A stretch of 64,000 nucleotides of DNA from Schizochytrium sp. TIO01 (Eukaryota; Protista; Bigyra: Labyrinthulomycetes): contig SMSO01000025.1 in the NCBI GenBank assembly GCA_004764695.1, positions 2,480,001-2,544,000 of the forward strand. The letters run 5' to 3'. The translations under genes and the position numbers were made by a program. The notes under the pieces are model-generated. The model searched no databases. It was given only the letters and a program-made list of their open reading frames with translations, and was not told the DNA's origin. Every line of letters begins with the position of its first letter. Within the stretch, counting starts at the first letter, position 1. Shown piece after piece: positions 59,320-64,000 of the stretch.

Positions 59320-60063
59320 TAATTTATAAGGTATATTGTCGGTTGGACTCGAACATGTATTGATTTATACGTCGCGAGTAGTGCTGAAATTTCGCCCTCA
59401 GAATCATTCTCTTAAACTGCTTCACCTCGTAAGAAAGTTATAATTTCAAGTTATGACGATTTAAAGTCAAAATTAAAAGTAGGATCTCTTATGGTGTTGG
59501 AGCAAAGGAAGGCACAGCTTCAATGAGCATATGCGATACCTCAAAGGTTGAAAGATTATCACTTACCATCCTTGATTCTATGTTATACTTGATCGTGAGT
59601 ATATACAGGTCTAATATTTCAAGGATTTAATGATGACGCCGGATGTGATAAACTATTATATCAGTTTCAAGAAATCTCCATGTCACATGTTTAGATCTCC
59701 AATCGAAGGAAATAGTGGAGAAGGCATTACCAGAGTTCTAGGCATTACTCTCGAGTATTTAGAACTTCTATAGGAATAGGAGTTTAGAACTAGACTAGAA
59801 GAGGGCGACTGTGAAACCATGAATCAAAAGTGACGCATTCGCTCGAATCAAGCATGGTAGAATCTGAATTTATCGTTGAAGAGAAAAGTTAACACTAACC
59901 TAGTTGGTAATCTCTAACATTAGTCGGTCTACCTTGAAATTTGGTTCAAATGACAGTGGATCTCTACCCCTTCAAGCCTTTTTAAAATTAAGCACTCCTA
60001 AGCGTTCACTTAATCTCTTGCGTTTATCTTTCTACAACATCTAGCTACCCAGAGTCATCTAGA

Positions 60064-60261
60064 TTGAATTTTCTTATTAGAATCTTAGACTCTCGAGACC
60101 TGTACCTTGATCTACGAGCGTGATTGCCATCATGAAGCGCTGCTAAAGGTAGCAATGTTGGATATACCAGAATAGTGTTTTTACTTCTAGACTAAGATTT
60201 TACTATTATTTTTTTGGGGGGGGAGGGGGGTATAAACTCTCTGGGTTGCTAAAGAGTACGG
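60064..60261 (+). repeat. Diverged direct repeat, copy B
   Basis: Matches 56298-56481. Confidence 0.8.
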
Positions 60262-61716
60262 GGGCGAAATTGCACAATTAATGCTTGAAGAAAGCAATTT
60301 TGCGTCTCTTGAGATTACTACAAATTAAAAGGCTAAAGAAAATAGAACAGTTTATGCTTGTGAATAGGCAAACGGATAATCTTGGGAATGGCCTTCAGAG
60401 AAGTCGATTGTTTATGTAATATAGTGGAATTTGACCTCCTGCCTTGATATCTCGAGAGGTTTGGTATCTGTGAATATTTTCAACCATCGATTCTGGACCT
60501 GACTAGCTAGACTTTATTAGGTTCTTATGAGCCTGTATTGAATACACTCCAAGCTTATTTGTCACCTGTAAAATGCATACCCATTCTCATGAGCGGGTCG
60601 AATCGTTCTTGGTTTTAGAGAGGGTTGATGGGAGGGCGGGTCTTACTGCATCGCTCGCATCTAGGTTTCTTGGAATTATGATCTTAGTGTCTAGCTTTAG
60701 AAAAGGTTATGGTGTAGTTCAAAAGTATGGATTACTAGTCTTAGCAATAAAGTTCTCCTTCCGAAAGATACTGTGATTTTAGAAAAAGCGTTTAAATGTG
60801 CGTTAGAAGTGTTGCTTGGATCTCTCTCTATACCCGGATGTGTGATACTGCTAATTCAGATCAAACATCATATGATGCCATCTGAGATTTGAAGCTGTAA
60901 ATGAAAAGCCGAACTAAATATCATGCATTAAAAAAACATATACCTAGGCAGTTTAAACTGAGTGGTTACTTCGGAGAGATGTTTCCTGAACTTAAGACCA
61001 ACCACGCTTTGGTGATAGTAACTTTCTCGGACTCATAGTCTCAACTTTCATGTTTACTAATAAAAGAAACATTCAGGATTAGTTTTTGATAAGCAAAATA
61101 ATCTCCTTCCCACACTGACGTCTCAGAAAGTAAGATCCGTGTTGACGAATTTCTTTATGTTTAAAAAACCCTCCAAAGAGGAGAGATGTGTGTGTTTAAT
61201 CAGCTTCCTAATCTCTTCGAACTCTGCTTGAAACAAATTGTAGTTTATTAGATTGGCTTGGTACATGCTCAGCCACATTGGGACTTTAATCAGGTAACGT
61301 TGGTAATTACCACGAATTGCCAGATGCACTTCAAAGCGCATACAAGCGACAGTGTAGAGTTTCCGAATACGTGCATAATAAAAAACTGTCATTCACATTC
61401 ACGCAGATAGATATAGATAGTATAAAACAAGATGGCGCACATATATTTATGGAAAAGAATGCTCAGACCTCAAATTTAGAAGGTATGATTTTGCAAAGAA
61501 AATCTAGTAAGATACAAGAAGCAAAGCTTAGGAATGATGTAAGGTGCACAAGAGCAGGAAATGAAAATTAAACAAGCGCATTGTTTTTCTTTAAAAAATC
61601 TCAAAATCTCAAAATATAGCATCTCAGCCATGATCATAGACACAAAAGCGTATATATGGACACACTATGTTGATGTTTGTTTCCTGGTTTCCAAACGTCC
61701 AGAAATCAGGAATAAT

Positions 61717-64000
61717 CTACTGTTGCTCCTGTTCCTTGGCAGCACGACGCTGAGCACGTGCCTTAGAAGGGGGGAGACCAACGGGAGGACGAATCGAAGA
61801 TGTAGTTGACACAGATGCGCCATCAGCCGTAGACTTACGGCTCTTACGAAAGCGTGACTCGACAGGGTCAAATCCCTCCTCCGCAGCTCCCCACATTGCC
61901 CATTCAGGAGTATCAGCAAGGTAGTCCTTAGACGTAAATGTTTTCTCACCTCCAGACGCCTTGTATTCTTGAACAAGCTCGTGGAAGCGGTCGTAGTTGA
62001 TCCATGTACGCCAAGTTTTGCCATCTTCGGCCAAATAAGTATCCGTGCGTGCCAAGAGTGTGCAGCAGGAGTGTACATGCTCAGAGGCAGTACCGTAAGC
62101 ACCATTGGTCCGCTTGGAAATAGCTTCAGCAAACATGCGGACCTCCTCGTGCCATGGCACATTTTCCATGGTAAGGTTAGAAGCATCGGACTTGCCGCAG
62201 TAGGTAACAGCCTTGATCTCGATAAGGTCTGGCTGACCAAGCTCAATGAGTTTGGCGTAGCCTTCGAGCTCCTCCTCCATCATGTTCCACTGTTTCACCA
62301 GTGTCAATCTATACACGGTACGTTGGCCCTTGTCACGAAGTGCCTCGAGACTACCTGTAAAGCGTTCCCAGAAGTCTTTGAAGAGAGGGCGGTCCACTTC
62401 ACGCAGAGCGTCCTTGGTTGCAGCATCTACACTGACATAAAGCTGAGTTACAGGCTGAAGGTTCTTGATTGCGTCAGGGAATTGGGCATTGGTGACCAGA
62501 AAGGTGGAGATCTTGCGCGCATGGAGCTCATCGACAAGTTCATTAATACGCGGGTACATGATGGGCTCACCAACGAGGGAGAGGGCACAGTGGCGAACGT
62601 TGAAGGCCTCCTCAAGACGCTCAGGTTGGACTCCCGGAACGCCCTTCATCTGTTTAATCATGCTACAGTGCAGATCGACGGCCTGGCCAACGATGTCTGC
62701 AGGGTCATCCTCCTTCCAGCGCCACTCGCGACCAACGGGGTTCTTATGATGCCGCCAGCAGAAGACACATTTGTTTGCACACGCCAAACTCGGAGTGGCC
62801 TCCATGCACTGGTAAGAGGTGATACCGTAAAAGGTGTGCTTGTAGCAACCACCACGTCCACGTAGCTGATGCTTGGTCCAGCGGCAGAGCTTGACGGCAG
62901 AGTGGGTTCCAATAATCTTGTATCCTTCCTTTGTCAGGGCCTTGCGCTGAGAGCTGGTGACCATGTCAGGGCGCTCCGCTCCGGGCTCATTCGAAGTGTT
63001 TGTGCCGACAACAATGATATCCTCCATATCAGCAAGCATCATCTCGTTGATACGATCCTCCTCGTCATCAAGCGGTGATACAAAGTCCTCTTCGAGAGGG
63101 GATTCAATTGCAGCTTGTTTGTTGGTCTGGGCCTTGCCATTTGCGGGTCCGCGTTTGGTCGGGGCGCGCTCAGGAAGTGCGACGTTCTCATCACGATCAA
63201 TTGCCGCGCGAACACGCCCACCGAGGTTGTCGATCTTGGCACGGGAGTCAGAGTCATCAACAAGGATCGGAAGGCATAAACGACGTCCTCCGAGCTTGCC
63301 AAGAACGTCGTCAAGGCGCCAGCCAGTGCGGCAGAAGAGACCCTTTTCGTACTCGCGGCTGCCAAGAGCCACGACTGCAAAACGAAGATTAGACAGGTAG
63401 CGAGCCTTATCCACACGAAAGTCCAAAGCCATATCCTCGAGCCAAGCCAGCAGAGGCTGGCCAACTTCAGGCGCCTCACCATCAGTCCATGTGGGCATGA
63501 CGAAGATGACAACCTTCTCCTCCTCGAGATCGTCCGCAAACTCGTAGTTTTCAACGGCGATGGCCTTGGCTCCAGGAATTCCGGTGGCAACAATATCCGC
63601 AATGCGCCGGGCAGTTCCGGTGGTCGTGGCGTAGATAATCTTAATCTTGGCTTTGCGGCCTTCTTGGATAGCGGCATTTGTGTTAAAGCCCTCGGCATCA
63701 AATTCGTCGATTTCCTCATCATCCTCGTCGACGTCTGTGTCATCGTTGTTGCTGCTGTTCTTGACAGCGTTTACAGCTGCATTTGCGGCAGAGTTTGCAG
63801 ACGCAATGGCTGCACTGAGCTTGTCATCGACGGTATTCTTCACATTCGTTGCAGCATCGGCAGCAGCGTGAGCCCACGAGTTGAGGTTTTCCGCGACTCG
63901 TTCCCGAGCCTCCTGGAGGGCCTCAGCAGTCTCGTCTGCTAGCTCCAAGAAGGGCTTCTCGAGAGACTTGTCAGAGTTTCCACGCGCATCTCTGTAGCGT
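61717..64000 (-). CDS. TYW1: tRNA wybutosine-synthesising protein 1 (flavodoxin + radical SAM); 5' end beyond the window
   Basis: Flavodoxin IIYATTTGTA, MPTWTDG; GTHSAVKLCRWTK, GGCYKHTFYGI, CANKCVFCWRH (CxxxCxxC), HCALSLVGEP. The frame stays open to base 64000. Confidence 0.95.
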   Translation of the reverse strand, partial: RYRDARGNSDKSLEKPFLELADETAEALQEARERVAENLNSWAHAAADAATNVKNTVDDKLSAAIASANSAANAAVNAVKNSSNNDDTDVDEDDEEIDEFDAEGFNTNAAIQEGRKAKIKIIYATTTGTARRIADIVATGIPGAKAIAVENYEFADDLEEEKVVIFVMPTWTDGEAPEVGQPLLAWLEDMALDFRVDKARYLSNLRFAVVALGSREYEKGLFCRTGWRLDDVLGKLGGRRLCLPILVDDSDSRAKIDNLGGRVRAAIDRDENVALPERAPTKRGPANGKAQTNKQAAIESPLEEDFVSPLDDEEDRINEMMLADMEDIIVVGTNTSNEPGAERPDMVTSSQRKALTKEGYKIIGTHSAVKLCRWTKHQLRGRGGCYKHTFYGITSYQCMEATPSLACANKCVFCWRHHKNPVGREWRWKEDDPADIVGQAVDLHCSMIKQMKGVPGVQPERLEEAFNVRHCALSLVGEPIMYPRINELVDELHARKISTFLVTNAQFPDAIKNLQPVTQLYVSVDAATKDALREVDRPLFKDFWERFTGSLEALRDKGQRTVYRLTLVKQWNMMEEELEGYAKLIELGQPDLIEIKAVTYCGKSDASNLTMENVPWHEEVRMFAEAISKRTNGAYGTASEHVHSCCTLLARTDTYLAEDGKTWRTWINYDRFHELVQEYKASGGEKTFTSKDYLADTPEWAMWGAAEEGFDPVESRFRKSRKSTADGASVSTTSSIRPPVGLPPSKARAQRRAAKEQEQQ

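Overview
Gene-dense eukaryotic nuclear DNA with few, short GT-AG introns. Gene content and style suggest a non-photosynthetic stramenopile such as a thraustochytrid; this is inference. Bases 1-43 kb are mostly housekeeping and signalling genes: DOHH, ALA dehydratase, a CAMTA-type factor, a degenerate MIT-AAA (Vps4-like) protein, a MAP3K, argininosuccinate lyase, V-ATPase subunits G, c and A, SUMO E1 subunit SAE1, a DUF4291 protein, myosin, a spliced 74-aa coiled-coil microprotein missed by the ORF track, centrin and an F-box/LRR protein. Bases 43.6-61 kb are an accessory zone. It holds an apparently intact 6,236-bp DNA transposon (43607-49842) with 20-bp TIRs and a perfect 8-bp TSD, encoding a 1,844-aa Dada-like DDE transposase fused to a Ulp1/C48 protease. 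After it come a ~41-repeat ankyrin array broken by one frameshift, an orphan copy of the transposon's right end, and a second ankyrin paralog with duplicated flanks. TYW1 runs off the right edge. All family calls come from motif recognition; no database searches were run.
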